A DNA stretch of 32,000 bases from an uncultured Actinomycetes bacterium (lineage in GTDB: Bacteria > Actinomycetota > Actinomycetes > S36-B12 > CAIYMF01). The first letter of the stretch is position 1; each line of letters opens with the position of its first letter. The position numbers and the translations under genes were made by a program. Positions 1 to 8,363 of the stretch are shown in pieces. The notes beneath the pieces were generated by a model. It worked only from the letters and a program-made list of their open reading frames with translations, was not told the origin of the DNA and searched no databases. The stretch spans positions 330,001-362,000 of the forward strand of contig CAWJMG010000001.1 of NCBI GenBank assembly GCA_963843975.1. Direction: 5' to 3'.

Positions 1-7
1 GGTCGCG

Positions 8-700
8 ATGGACTTCATGTTGGCCGAGTACAAGTCCCTCCGCGACGAGTCCTCGCAGTCCAGGTCCGCGCAACAGGCGATCCAGCAGTGGAGTCTCGCC
101 GGGGTCTCGGCGATTCTCGTCGGCGGCCTTCTGCTGACCGGCAAGAACTTCGACCTCCAGCAGGCGGGGCCACCCAGCACTGCCTTTCTCGTGCTCTTTG
201 GTGTGGTGCTGCCTGCCCTCGCAACGGTTTCATGTATGGCATGGCTCGGTGAGCTGGTCCGAATGGAGCGGTGCGGAAGATACCTGCGCGGATTCGAAAG
301 GGACCTCTCCAAACGCCTCAACGGACTCGTGTCGCCAGCCGCGCGAAACCCCCTTAGGTGGGAGACGGCCATCTCGCAGGGCGCGGCCAGCGACAAGGGA
401 CTGGGTCGGGGCAAGCAGCGGGTTGGATACCTAGGCAGCCTCCTCATGTACCTCGGTGCAGTCTCAGCTTCGTTGTGCTTCTACGTCGTAGGCGTTCAAC
501 AGCGTCAAGAACCGGCGAATGCGTGGGTCCACTTGCACCTAGCGCTGTTTGCTTGGCCTGCGGTCATGGGCTCGGTGTTCTTGGCGATTGTCGTGTCGGT
601 CGTGCGATCCATTCAGGAGCTAGGGGCTGAGGTGTTGGAACTGCCGGAAGTCGAACTCCAGAAGCCGGATGGCGACAAGGACAAGAGAGAAGACCAATAG
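8..700 (+). CDS. hypothetical polytopic membrane protein (230 aa)
   Basis: ATG ORF 8..700. Hydrophobic segments include WSLAGVSAILVGGLLL, FLVLFGVVLPALATV, LGSLLMYLGAVSASLCFYVV and LFAWPAVMGSVFLAIVVSVV, followed by a charged KPDGDKDKREDQ tail. No family recognised. Lies in the lower-GC left segment. The frame is open to the window edge, so the true start could lie upstream. Confidence 0.5.
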   Translation: MDFMLAEYKSLRDESSQSRSAQQAIQQWSLAGVSAILVGGLLLTGKNFDLQQAGPPSTAFLVLFGVVLPALATVSCMAWLGELVRMERCGRYLRGFERDLSKRLNGLVSPAARNPLRWETAISQGAASDKGLGRGKQRVGYLGSLLMYLGAVSASLCFYVVGVQQRQEPANAWVHLHLALFAWPAVMGSVFLAIVVSVVRSIQELGAEVLELPEVELQKPDGDKDKREDQ

Positions 701-781
701 CCATGCGAAGCGAGAGCAGTCACCCTGCTGTTCGAAGCGCCCTCACACTGATCTCCAAGGTCTCCGCTGCACAGTTCGACT

Positions 782-1411
782 GTGGCATCGAGAACACAGC
801 AATGGGCCCTGGTCGCCCTTTCGTTCGGGCAACGAGACTTCGATCTGGAGCCCGGCCCGATCAATCGGCGCCTCGGTTCAATCGCAGCGAGGTACGTGCG
901 CGGGCTGTCATCACCAACGCTCGTCGTGGCTCAGTGGGAGATCGCGCTCGAGATGGGTCGCCAAGGCGTTCCGGTCGACTTTGCCGTCTATCCCGAGGAG
1001 GGAGTTGACTACATCGACACGGGTGACGTTTGGCGGCAGGCCCGCCAGTTCCTCGACGCACACGACATCGAACGAGTTGCCCTGTTGGCCCACCCCTTTC
1101 TTCACCGCTCGCTCGCTCGGCACATCATTCGCCGCGACGGCTACATGGTGCAGACACTCAAGACCGGCATGGTGGGATTCGATCCCGATGCTCGCAACCG
1201 CCAGTGGTGGACCCGCGGCCCCGTCCGATTGATGACCTACAGCGCCCTTCGGGCGGCCGGGATCTCTCGCCAGTTTCACCCAACACCGGTGGAGGGTGTA
1301 GCGGCATCCGCTCCTGGCTCGGTAGAAGCGGCGACCGACCACCGGGGGCATATTCGAGCGCAGGAACGGTCAATCACCAGAAGCCAGCATCGGCCAGCCG
1401 AGCAAGATTGA
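782..1411 (+). CDS. hypothetical protein, possibly DUF218 (YdcF/SanA-like) fold
   Basis: GTG ORF of 209 aa with globular, protein-like composition. The segment YIDTGDVWRQARQFLDAHDIERVALLAHPFLHRSLARHIIRRDGY resembles the DUF218 pattern (T..NA....l....vlLVT..fH..Ra......G). This comes from memory of the family, not from a search. Lower-GC region. Confidence 0.45.
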   Translation: MASRTQQWALVALSFGQRDFDLEPGPINRRLGSIAARYVRGLSSPTLVVAQWEIALEMGRQGVPVDFAVYPEEGVDYIDTGDVWRQARQFLDAHDIERVALLAHPFLHRSLARHIIRRDGYMVQTLKTGMVGFDPDARNRQWWTRGPVRLMTYSALRAAGISRQFHPTPVEGVAASAPGSVEAATDHRGHIRAQERSITRSQHRPAEQD

Positions 1412-1454
1412 AGCCGGCAGAGGACTGGAGGCACGGCGTCTATTGCGGTCTCGT

Positions 1455-1760
1455 CACATACCTTCGAGAGCGTCCTGCATTGAGGCGTGGATCTCTTCTG
1501 GCCGCGTCCCGTCGAGTGGTGCAACTCCGGGCCTGCCTCCTGAGCGTTCAGGGGACATCGTGTGAGGCTTGGTCAAAACCCGCCAAGCAACTCGCTGTCA
1601 ACGACGGCTGTCTCCACTCGTACGCAGAACAACAGGCCGAACTCGTTCCATCAAAGGGCTCGGCCTCGGGATGGTCGAAGAGGCTCTGCAGCGGGCCGTA
1701 GCCGGTAACAAACTCGGAGATCTCGCACCCCCACGCCTTTGCCTCGGCGACGAGCGCTGG
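1455..1760 (-). pseudogene. decayed fragment of a second CpaF/TadA-type ATPase gene (N-terminal region only)
   Basis: Positions 1661..1750 align colinearly with 6883..6972, the 5' part of the resident tadA, at a constant offset of 5222. 73 of 90 positions are identical by hand alignment. Shared strings include ctgcagcgggccgtagccgg (1686..1705 = 6908..6927), cccacgcct and cctcggcgac. The minus-strand translation gives ALVAEAKAWGCEISEFVTGYGPLQSLFDHPEAEPF, against tadA AEVEAWAREIHDLVAGYGPLQRLFDDPDVEEL. After a 1-nt indel and a stop it continues in another frame as WNEFGLLFCVRVE (tadA: WNEPGRVFCARRG). No start codon and no ATPase core. The left boundary is approximate. Confidence 0.6.
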
Positions 1761-1899
1761 GCGCGAGAAACCTCCAAGCGGGACTCGCCGTGGTGGGAGT
1801 CATATGTCGTTCGCCCCCGTGGCTCTTTCGCGCGCGACAGAGTGGGGTTACCTGCTTTCGAAGGCACGGGAAGAAGCAACCAAGGGGGAACGGATCCAC

Positions 1900-2481
1900 A
1901 TGAACAGAAGACTCGCCGCCGTGGCACTGACCGCCATAGCAAGCATCACGCTTGTCGCTTGCGGCACGTCCACTAGCAGCGGCAGCAGCGCGCCTCCCGC
2001 CGACGACCAGTCCAGCAGCGAACCCGCTGCAACCTCGTCCGGCCCCGAGCTGTCGGTGAGCCAGACGCAGGCGATGGAGTCGGCGGCCTCGTACATCGAG
2101 TCTGGCCAGTTCAGCCAGAAGGGCCTGGTCAAGCAGCTGAAGTTCGAGGGCTTCACCACCAAGGAAGCCACATACGCCGCCAAGAACGTCGGTGCCGACT
2201 ACCAGGAAGAAGCAAACCAGGCGGCGGCGTCTTACCTCGACTCTGGCTCGTTCAGCCAGAAGGGCATGACCAAGCAGTTGCTTTTCGAAGGCTTCACCAA
2301 GGAGCAGGCTGCCGCTGGAGTAAAGAGCCTGAACGCCGACTGGACCGCCGAGGCGGCGGAGGCTGCACAGTCCTATCTCGACACCGGCTCCTTCAGCCGC
2401 TCGAGCCTGACCAAGCAGCTGCTGTTTGAGGGCTTCACCGCCGAGCAGGCAGCAGCAGGGGTGAAGGCGGCCGGACTCTGA
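1900..2481 (+). CDS. Ltp-family lipoprotein with three tandem Ltp domains
   Basis: Internal ATG at 1900 is preceded by aaggggga (1882..1889). Signal peptide with lipobox: MNRRLAAVALTAIASITLVAC/G. Three ~45-aa repeats follow: SYIESGQFSQKGLVKQLKFEGFT..., SYLDSGSFSQKGMTKQLLFEGFT..., SYLDTGSFSRSSLTKQLLFEGFT.... These are typical of the Ltp (phage TP-J34 type, host-surface-exposed lipoprotein) domain. Confidence 0.85.
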   Translation: MNRRLAAVALTAIASITLVACGTSTSSGSSAPPADDQSSSEPAATSSGPELSVSQTQAMESAASYIESGQFSQKGLVKQLKFEGFTTKEATYAAKNVGADYQEEANQAAASYLDSGSFSQKGMTKQLLFEGFTKEQAAAGVKSLNADWTAEAAEAAQSYLDTGSFSRSSLTKQLLFEGFTAEQAAAGVKAAGL

Positions 2482-2559
2482 ACCCGTCGGACCCAACGGC
2501 AGCGAGCGCGACTGCGACTCCGTCGTCGGCGTTCGGCGCGGAGTAGCCCGTACGCATCA

Positions 2560-2609
2560 CGCACCGAAGCGCCAAAGAACCCGTGGGTGGTTTCTGGCGC
2601 TTCGGCGCG
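2560..2609. terminator. hairpin between convergent genes (terminator-like)
   Basis: cgcaccgaagcgcca (2560..2574) pairs with tggcgcttcggcgcg (2595..2609) over 15 bp with one mismatch. The 20-nt loop has further internal pairing. Sits between the stop of the Ltp gene and the stop of the TadG-like gene. No U-tract. Confidence 0.4.
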
Positions 2610-2620
2610 TGAGGCCAACG

Positions 2621-3055
2621 TCAGGGCACGCGGAGCACGGCGCTCGCATCGGCTCGCACGACCACTCCCCTGCCTGTCAGCAGGGTCGTGAACGGCAGTT
2701 TCACGGTCGAGCTCGCGGCCACCGTCACGACCGAGCCGTCGACGGTGGTCGAGGTGAGGCGGAAGCGCGGCAGCTCGTCGTCGGACGGCGTGGCCGCGAG
2801 GTAGCGGCGTACGGCGCGACGCACGGCAGCGGGGGCGAGCGTGAGATCGCCGCGCGCTCCACCGGCGTACACCGCGGCAAGGTCGACTGCCTGCGCGCCG
2901 GCCAGCGCGGCACCGTCGACGGTCGACTGCAGGGCACGGCGTTGCAGCCACAGAACGCTGGTGTCGGTGACGACGCCGACCAGCAGCAGCACGACCACCA
3001 CCGCACCGATGACGAGCGGCAGCACTGACCCGTCGTCGCCGCGGGGTCGCCGCAT
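2621..3055 (-). CDS. TadE/TadG-like pilus assembly (pseudopilin-like) protein
   Basis: The internal ATG at 3055 overlaps the upstream stop (TGATG). N-terminus MRRPRGDDGSVLPLVIGAVVVVLLLVGVVTD, a charged region followed by a single TM segment as in TadG-related proteins. Last gene of the tad operon. The longer ORF extending to 3202 is an overlap artefact. Confidence 0.7.
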   Translation of the reverse strand: MRRPRGDDGSVLPLVIGAVVVVLLLVGVVTDTSVLWLQRRALQSTVDGAALAGAQAVDLAAVYAGGARGDLTLAPAAVRRAVRRYLAATPSDDELPRFRLTSTTVDGSVVTVAASSTVKLPFTTLLTGRGVVVRADASAVLRVP

Positions 3056-3471
3056 CACGGTGCTTCCCGGAACCGGTCGACCGGCATCGACTCCATACCC
3101 GTGACCGTCACGGTCGGTCCGCCCGGCAGCAACGGCAGAGGTACGTCGACCGCGACGGTCACGTCCACGCGCGAGCCCGGTGCGAGACACGTTCCGGCGC
3201 AACGGATCCGCGGTGCGACGACGGGTACCCCGGCATCCGACAGCACCAGCCGCGCGGCAGCACGAGCCCGCGCTGCGCCCTCGGCGGCCGACGACGCGGT
3301 GACGAAGCCGCGCGCCGACTCGCGTGCGGCCGCCGTTGCCGCGAACGACGCGCTCTGCACGGCCATCACCGAGAGCACCCCGTACAACAGTGGGACAAGC
3401 AGCCCGGTGCCGAGCACGAGCACCTCGAGCACGGCCGAGCCGTCGTCGTCACGAAGCCGCGGGCGTCTCAT
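3055..3471 (-). CDS. TadE-like pilus assembly protein
   Basis: 138-aa ORF. N-terminus DDGSAVLEVLVLGTGLLVPLLYGVLSVM matches the TadE-like pattern (G-S-A-x-x-E plus a hydrophobic helix). ATGA overlap with the upstream gene at 3468..3471. Confidence 0.7.
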   Translation of the reverse strand: MRRPRLRDDDGSAVLEVLVLGTGLLVPLLYGVLSVMAVQSASFAATAAARESARGFVTASSAAEGAARARAAARLVLSDAGVPVVAPRIRCAGTCLAPGSRVDVTVAVDVPLPLLPGGPTVTVTGMESMPVDRFREAP

Positions 3472-3875
3472 TCCGCACCCTCGACCAGCGCGTGACCCTG
3501 CACCACGAGCGATGTGGGCCCGAGCAGGCCGATGAGCGGCAGCCGCGCCCGCACCTCCACCTCGACCACCTCGACGCCGTCGCGCCGACGACGAACGACC
3601 GACACCGACTCGACGACACCGGCCGCGAGCGACGTCGAGAGCGCGTCGTCGATCCGCGCCCGGGCGACCCGGGCGTCGCCGCCCGACAGCGCCGCGATGC
3701 GGGCACCCTCGGCCGCGGCGGCCGTGACGGTCGCACGCACGTGCAGCGCGAGCGCCACCTGCAGCACGGCGAGCAGCAGGAGCAGAAGCATGGGCACGAC
3801 GACGACGAACTCGACCACCGCCGATCCGCGATCGCCCCGCAGCGGCGCCGGCGACGACGGTCGGCGCGCTCTCAC
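3468..3875 (-). CDS. tadE: TadE family pilus assembly protein
   Basis: 135-aa ORF. The DRGSAVVEFVVVVPMLLLLLLAVLQV motif is typical of the TadE N-terminal domain. GTGA start/stop overlap with the upstream small ORF at 3872..3875. Confidence 0.8.
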   Translation of the reverse strand: MRARRPSSPAPLRGDRGSAVVEFVVVVPMLLLLLLAVLQVALALHVRATVTAAAAEGARIAALSGGDARVARARIDDALSTSLAAGVVESVSVVRRRRDGVEVVEVEVRARLPLIGLLGPTSLVVQGHALVEGAE

Positions 3876-4060
3876 GGCTTGGTGACCGAGGTGATCGCGC
3901 GCTGCAGCACGGCGGTGAGCTGGCCGTCGGCGACGAGCCAGAGCGCGGTGACGAGCCCGGCGGTCATGACGGCGACGAGCACCCAGCCGGGCACGTCGCC
4001 ACGGTCACGGTGGTCGGGGTGGGTGAGGTGCGCGAGGCGCAGCGAGATCCGGGTGAGCAC
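3872..4060 (-). CDS. small single-TM protein in the flp/DUF4244 position of the tad operon
   Basis: 62-aa ORF with a GTG start at 4060 and ggagga 4 nt upstream. Hydrophobic core VPGWVLVAVMTAGLVTALWLV. It sits where actinobacterial tad loci carry the small pilin-like gene, but it lacks the G/xxxxEY Flp processing motif. Confidence 0.55.
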   Translation of the reverse strand: MLTRISLRLAHLTHPDHRDRGDVPGWVLVAVMTAGLVTALWLVADGQLTAVLQRAITSVTKP

Positions 4061-4115
4061 GATTCCTCCGTGGGTGACGTACGGGTTGGCCGGGTCGCGG
4101 GCTGCGACCCGGGGA

Positions 4116-5051
4116 CTAGGAGCCGAGGACGGCGAGGGACGTGATCGCGGGGTAGAGCGCGACCAGGACGACGGTGGGCAGCACGAGGAACACGACCGGC
4201 ACGAGCATCAGCAGCTCCTTGCGGCCGGCGACCTCGAGCAGCGCGCGGTGCTGCTCGGCGCGCGCGTCCGCGGCCTGCGCGCGCAGCACGTCCGCGAGCG
4301 GGGTGCCGCGCTGCACGGCGATGGCGACGCCGTCGACGAATCGGCGTACGGCGGACACGTCGACCCGAGCCGACATCGCCTCCAGCGCCGCGACGAGCCC
4401 GCGCCCCGACGCCGCATCGCGGGTCGCTCGGCCGCACTCGTCGGCGAGCGGTCCGCGCGCGACCCGTGCCACCCGGGCCAAGGCTGCGGCCGGTGACTCC
4501 CCCGAGCCGACCGCGAGAGCGAGCAGGTCCGCAACCACGGGGAGCCCGGCAGAGATCGCCTCGCGGCGGCCGGCGACCGCACGGGTCAGTGCACGGTCCC
4601 GCAGCAGCGCGCCCACGACGGCCGCGAGCACGAGCAGTACGGTCGACGCCGCCGGCCGCACGGCCCGACCGGTGCCGGCCAGCGCAAGCAGCCCGGCGAC
4701 CGCGATCCCGACACCGACCAGCCCCCACAGCAGCTGCTCGAGCCGGAAGCGTTCCGGCGTCGAGGGCTCCCCCGCGGCCGCGAGGCGCGCGGCCAGCGCA
4801 TCGTCCGACACCGCCGACCGCGGCAGGTGCCGTACGACGGGGAGCAGGAGGGGCACGAGCAGCCGCTCGACGGTCGAGCCGTCCACGCGGGCCCCGAGCT
4901 CGTCGCGGCGTACCGCTCGTCGGCCACCTCCGGCGACGTACGGCGCGATGCGCTCGGCCAGCGCGGGCGGGCGGCGTCGAGCCACAGCGGCACCGACGAG
5001 CAGCGCACCGCCGCCGAGCATCGCGCCTGCCACGGCGCCGAGGGCGCTCAT
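4116..5051 (-). CDS. tadC: type II secretion system F-family protein, TadC-like
   Basis: The internal ATG at 5051 forms an ATGA overlap with the tadB stop (5048..5050). 311-aa polytopic protein beginning MSALGAVAGAMLGGGALLVGA and ending ...LLMLVPVVFLVLPTVVLVALYPAI. Position is right after tadB. The 489-aa ORF-track entry is an upstream read-through. Confidence 0.8.
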   Translation of the reverse strand: MSALGAVAGAMLGGGALLVGAAVARRRPPALAERIAPYVAGGGRRAVRRDELGARVDGSTVERLLVPLLLPVVRHLPRSAVSDDALAARLAAAGEPSTPERFRLEQLLWGLVGVGIAVAGLLALAGTGRAVRPAASTVLLVLAAVVGALLRDRALTRAVAGRREAISAGLPVVADLLALAVGSGESPAAALARVARVARGPLADECGRATRDAASGRGLVAALEAMSARVDVSAVRRFVDGVAIAVQRGTPLADVLRAQAADARAEQHRALLEVAGRKELLMLVPVVFLVLPTVVLVALYPAITSLAVLGS

Positions 5052-5905
5052 GCCAGCACCCGCTCGTCGACGGGGAGCCGGCCGATGCGGCGCATCACGA
5101 CGTACGCCACAGCACTGAGCACACCCGCGGTCAGCAGCACGAGCACTCCGCCCGCTGAGTCGTACGCCGCCAGCGCGCCGGGGCGCAGTGACAGGAACGC
5201 GAGCGTCGCCCATGGCGCTGCGACGGCGAGACGTGCGGCGCTGACAGCCCACGCCTGGCGGGCCTGCAGCTCGGCGCGCGTGCGGGCGTCCTCGCGCAGG
5301 ACGGCGGACAGCGTGCGCAGGAGGCGTCCGAGGTCGCTGCCGCCGACCTCGCGCGCGAGACGCAGCGCCTCGACCACGCGGTCTCCGACGGGGTCGGCGA
5401 GGTCTTCCTTGAGCAAGTCGAGGCTCGTGCCGAAGGAGCCGGTCACGCGGTGCTCGGCCGCGAAGCGTGCGAACGCCGGCCGCAGCGCATCCGGCCCACG
5501 CTCGGCCAGGGCCGAGACCCCCTCCGGCAGAGACATTCCCGCGCGTACGGCGGACGCAAGATCGTCGACCGCGTCCGGCCAGCATCCTGCTCGAGCACGG
5601 GCACGGATCGCCGCGCGACGGCCGACCGCGGCGAACGGGAGCGAGCTCGCGAGCACACCGAACGCGAGCGCGACCGTGACACTGCCGCTCACGACCACCA
5701 TCACCACGGTGGCCGCGAGCCCGACACCGACGCAGGTGACGGCGAGCCGCGCGACCTCGACGTCGCGCAGACCGGCAGCGTCGAGCCGACGTCGTACGAA
5801 CGAGACCTGGACCGCGGCGACAGCGCCGCCTGCGGGCGAGGTGCGCGACAGCAGGATGAGCAGCAGACCGATCCCGAGCAGCAGTCCGACCACGGACCCG
5901 GTCAT
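5048..5905 (-). CDS. tadB: type II secretion system F-family protein, TadB-like
   Basis: The internal ATG at 5905 forms an ATGA overlap with the tadA stop (5902..5904). 285-aa membrane protein beginning MTGSVVGLLLGIGLLLILL, with a cytoplasmic T2SSF-type domain and C-terminal TM segments. Confidence 0.8.
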   Translation of the reverse strand: MTGSVVGLLLGIGLLLILLSRTSPAGGAVAAVQVSFVRRRLDAAGLRDVEVARLAVTCVGVGLAATVVMVVVSGSVTVALAFGVLASSLPFAAVGRRAAIRARARAGCWPDAVDDLASAVRAGMSLPEGVSALAERGPDALRPAFARFAAEHRVTGSFGTSLDLLKEDLADPVGDRVVEALRLAREVGGSDLGRLLRTLSAVLREDARTRAELQARQAWAVSAARLAVAAPWATLAFLSLRPGALAAYDSAGGVLVLLTAGVLSAVAYVVMRRIGRLPVDERVLA

Positions 5906-7129
5906 GACTCCTCCAGCACTCGCGCGAGGTCGATGCCGTGCGCGGCGAAGCGGTCGGCGTGCGGCGGGAAGCCGGCCGCGCGCACGAGTGCGCCGTCGCA
6001 CGTCACGTAGACATCGGTGGTCTCGACCACGCCCGCCTCGACCCGGCCCGACAGCGCGACGACCTCGCGCACGCGGCGTCGACCGTCCGGGCCGGTCGCC
6101 GCATGCACGACGAGATCTACCGACGACGCCACCGTCGGCACGATGTACGCCGCCGTCACGTTCTCGCCGGCGAGCATCGGCAGCACGCAGAGCTTCATCA
6201 CCGCGTCGCGCGCGGAGTTGGCGTGGACGCTCGTCATGCCCGGCATGCCGGAGTTCAACGCCACCAGCAGATCCAGCGCCTCGGCCTGACGCACCTCGCC
6301 GACCACGAGCCTGTTGGGGCGCATGCGCAGCGCCTCGACCACGAGGCGCCGCAGTGTGATCTCGCCCGTCCCCTCGAGCCCGACCTGCCGCGTCTGCATC
6401 GCGACCCAGTCGGGTCGGTCAAGCCTGAGCTCGAACACCTCCTCCGCCGTCACCACGCGCTCCCCGGCAGGTACGGCGTTCAGCAGGCAGCTGAGCAGCG
6501 TGGTCTTACCGGCCTGCGTGCCGCCGGCGACGACGATGTTGAGCCCGGCCACGACGGAAGCGGTCAGGAAGCGCGCGGCGCCAGGAGTGAGAGTGCCGAT
6601 AGCGACGAGGTCCTCGAGGCGTGACGCCGGGAGCACGTGCCGGCGCACGTTGACGGCCCAATGCCGACGCGTGACGTCCGGGATCACCACGTGCAGGCGT
6701 GAGCCGTCGGGCAGCAGGGCGTCGACGAACGGCTGGCTGACGTCGACGCGGCGCCCGCTCGTGCGGAGCATCCGCTCGACGAGGTCGTGCACCTGTACCT
6801 CGGTGAGCACCACTGTCGTGCAGCTCGGTGCGGCCGCGACGCGCGCAGAAGACGCGGCCGGGCTCGTTCCACCAGAGCTCCTCGACGTCGGGATCGTCGA
6901 AGAGACGCTGCAGCGGGCCGTAGCCGGCGACGAGGTCGTGGATCTCGCGCGCCCACGCCTCGACCTCGGCGACCTCCCGCTCGGTCTCGGCGGTGGTCAC
7001 CTCGTCGAGGACGTCCAGGATGGCCGCGCGCACCGCGCGCGGGTCGGCGAGCGGGTCGGTGCCGCGCTCGCGGACGAGCGAGCGCACACGGTCCAGGACG
7101 TCGGCCGACGCTGCAGGCTGCTCGTGCAT
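5902..7129 (-). pseudogene. tadA: CpaF/TadA family pilus assembly ATPase, reading frame interrupted once (frameshift or sequence error)
   Basis: The N-terminal part (frame of ORF 6506..7129) reads ...GYGPLQRLFDDPDVEELWWNEPGRVFCARRGRTEL and then turns to nonsense. The C-terminal part (ORF 5902..6813) reads (TT)VVLTEVQVHDLVERMLRTSGRRVD...VAGGTQAGKTTLL (Walker A)...VVGEVR...SVHANS. Skipping the single base 6820 joins the two as GRTEL-TTVVLTEVQV, giving 408 aa. Confidence 0.85.
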
Positions 7130-7530
7130 GGGATCACCGAGAAGGACCGGGAGGCGTCCCTGCCTCGGTGAGCGGCCGGCCGCGAAGGGAAGCGCGTGAC
7201 CGGCGTACGGGATGCGTGGCCCGGTGAGGGTGCTCCGGAGCCCGAGCGCGACGTCCCTGCCGCGCTCACCGCATCACCGCCGAGGCTAGGCGCACACAGC
7301 CGCACGAGACCGCGCGTCATCCACAGCCCGAGAGCCGGGCGAGCGACCCGAGAGGTTCCGCGACGCAAGTGGGTGACGTCCTCCAGGACAGGGCAGGCAA
7401 CCCTTACGTGATCGGGATTCCTTGTGCCGCAGAAGATTTTGCACGGCGTTGACCACTTCGAGGCGCTTCCGCCCCCAGCGTGGGCGAACAGTGCAAGACA
7501 TCGGGGGAAGACGCACAGAGGGGTACGCAG

Positions 7531-7692
7531 ATGGAGCTATGGGGAGTGTCGCTGGATCAGCCGGCGACGTACTGGCAGATCTGGGAGTGGGTGTCGGTCT
7601 CGATCCCGAACCTGCTGTGGATCATCGCGATGGTGGGGCTGTTCGTCGGCGCCCTCCTGATCCCCTTCCCGAAGGGCAAGGACCAGTCATGA
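7531..7692 (+). CDS. small membrane protein (53 aa), first gene of the cytochrome b-like operon
   Basis: ATG at 7531 with agagggg 7-8 nt upstream. One TM segment, IPNLLWIIAMVGLFVGALLIPF. Its stop overlaps the next start (ATGA at 7689..7692). Confidence 0.5.
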   Translation: MELWGVSLDQPATYWQIWEWVSVSIPNLLWIIAMVGLFVGALLIPFPKGKDQS

Positions 7693-8363
7693 GCGCGCCC
7701 ACCACCGAGCGCCCGGACACGGGCGCAGACTTCGAGCCCACCACGTGGACCGGGTCGATCCGCAAGCGCTGGCTGCACACGCTGCCGCCGGAGAAGATGC
7801 TGCCCGAGACGCAGCCGTCGTACATGTCGTCGTGGATCTACGTCTTCGGCATGCTCACGATCGTCTCGCTGCTCGTCGTGCTCGTCTCGGGCGCGATCCT
7901 GACCCTCGGCGGCGTGCAGTGGTTCCACACCTCGTCGATCGGCCTGTTCATCAACAGCCTCCACTACTGGAGCGTCCAGCTGTTCTTCCTCTTCATGCTC
8001 GTGCACCTCGCGGGCAAGTTCTGGATGGCGGCCTGGCGCGGCGGTCGCGCGATGACCTGGATGACCGGCGTCGCGGCGTTCCTCGCGTCGGTCGGCGTCG
8101 CCTTCACCGGCTACACCATCACCACGAACTTCAACGCGCAGTGGATCGCCTTCGAGGCCAAGGACGTCATGAACGCCGTCGGCGTCGGAGCGGTCTTCAA
8201 CGTGACCAACTTCGGCCAGATGGTGGGGCTGCACATCCTGCTGCTGCCCGTCGTCCTCGGCATCATCGTCCTGGCGCACGTGCTGCTCGTGCGCAAGCAC
8301 GGCATCGTGCCGCCGATGCAGGCCATCGACAACGAGACCACCGGCGTGGAGGTGTCGTCATGA
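7689..8363 (+). CDS. cytochrome b6-type (N-terminal four-helix, di-heme) cytochrome b domain protein, 224 aa
   Basis: Aligns by eye with Bacillus QcrB / cytochrome b6. Matching segments: WIYVFGMLTIVSLLVVLVSGAILTL; SLHYWSVQLFFLFMLVHLAGKF (His-x13-His); VAFTGYTITTN; LHILLLPVVLGIIVLAHVLLVRKHG (His-x14-His, the b6-type spacing). Confidence 0.85.
   Translation: MSAPTTERPDTGADFEPTTWTGSIRKRWLHTLPPEKMLPETQPSYMSSWIYVFGMLTIVSLLVVLVSGAILTLGGVQWFHTSSIGLFINSLHYWSVQLFFLFMLVHLAGKFWMAAWRGGRAMTWMTGVAAFLASVGVAFTGYTITTNFNAQWIAFEAKDVMNAVGVGAVFNVTNFGQMVGLHILLLPVVLGIIVLAHVLLVRKHGIVPPMQAIDNETTGVEVSS

Noticed and set aside
3872-4060. Calling the small operon-encoded protein the Flp pilin.
   Set aside because: It lacks the G/xxxxEY processing motif (it reads RGDVPGWVLV). 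Two canonical Flp genes exist at 16357..16907. I kept it only as a small TM protein in the pilin-like position.
7130-7530. The 400-bp divergent intergenic region between tadA and the cytochrome b-like operon. I examined it for a tadZ remnant, a small ORF (7196..7411) or a structured RNA. It contains the 7-bp pairing cggtgag/ctcaccg (7222..7228 with 7265..7271) and the palindrome ctccggag.
   Set aside because: Translations in all frames are low-complexity, and the stems are short and ambiguous in GC-rich DNA. It probably just holds the two divergent promoters, which I cannot place confidently.
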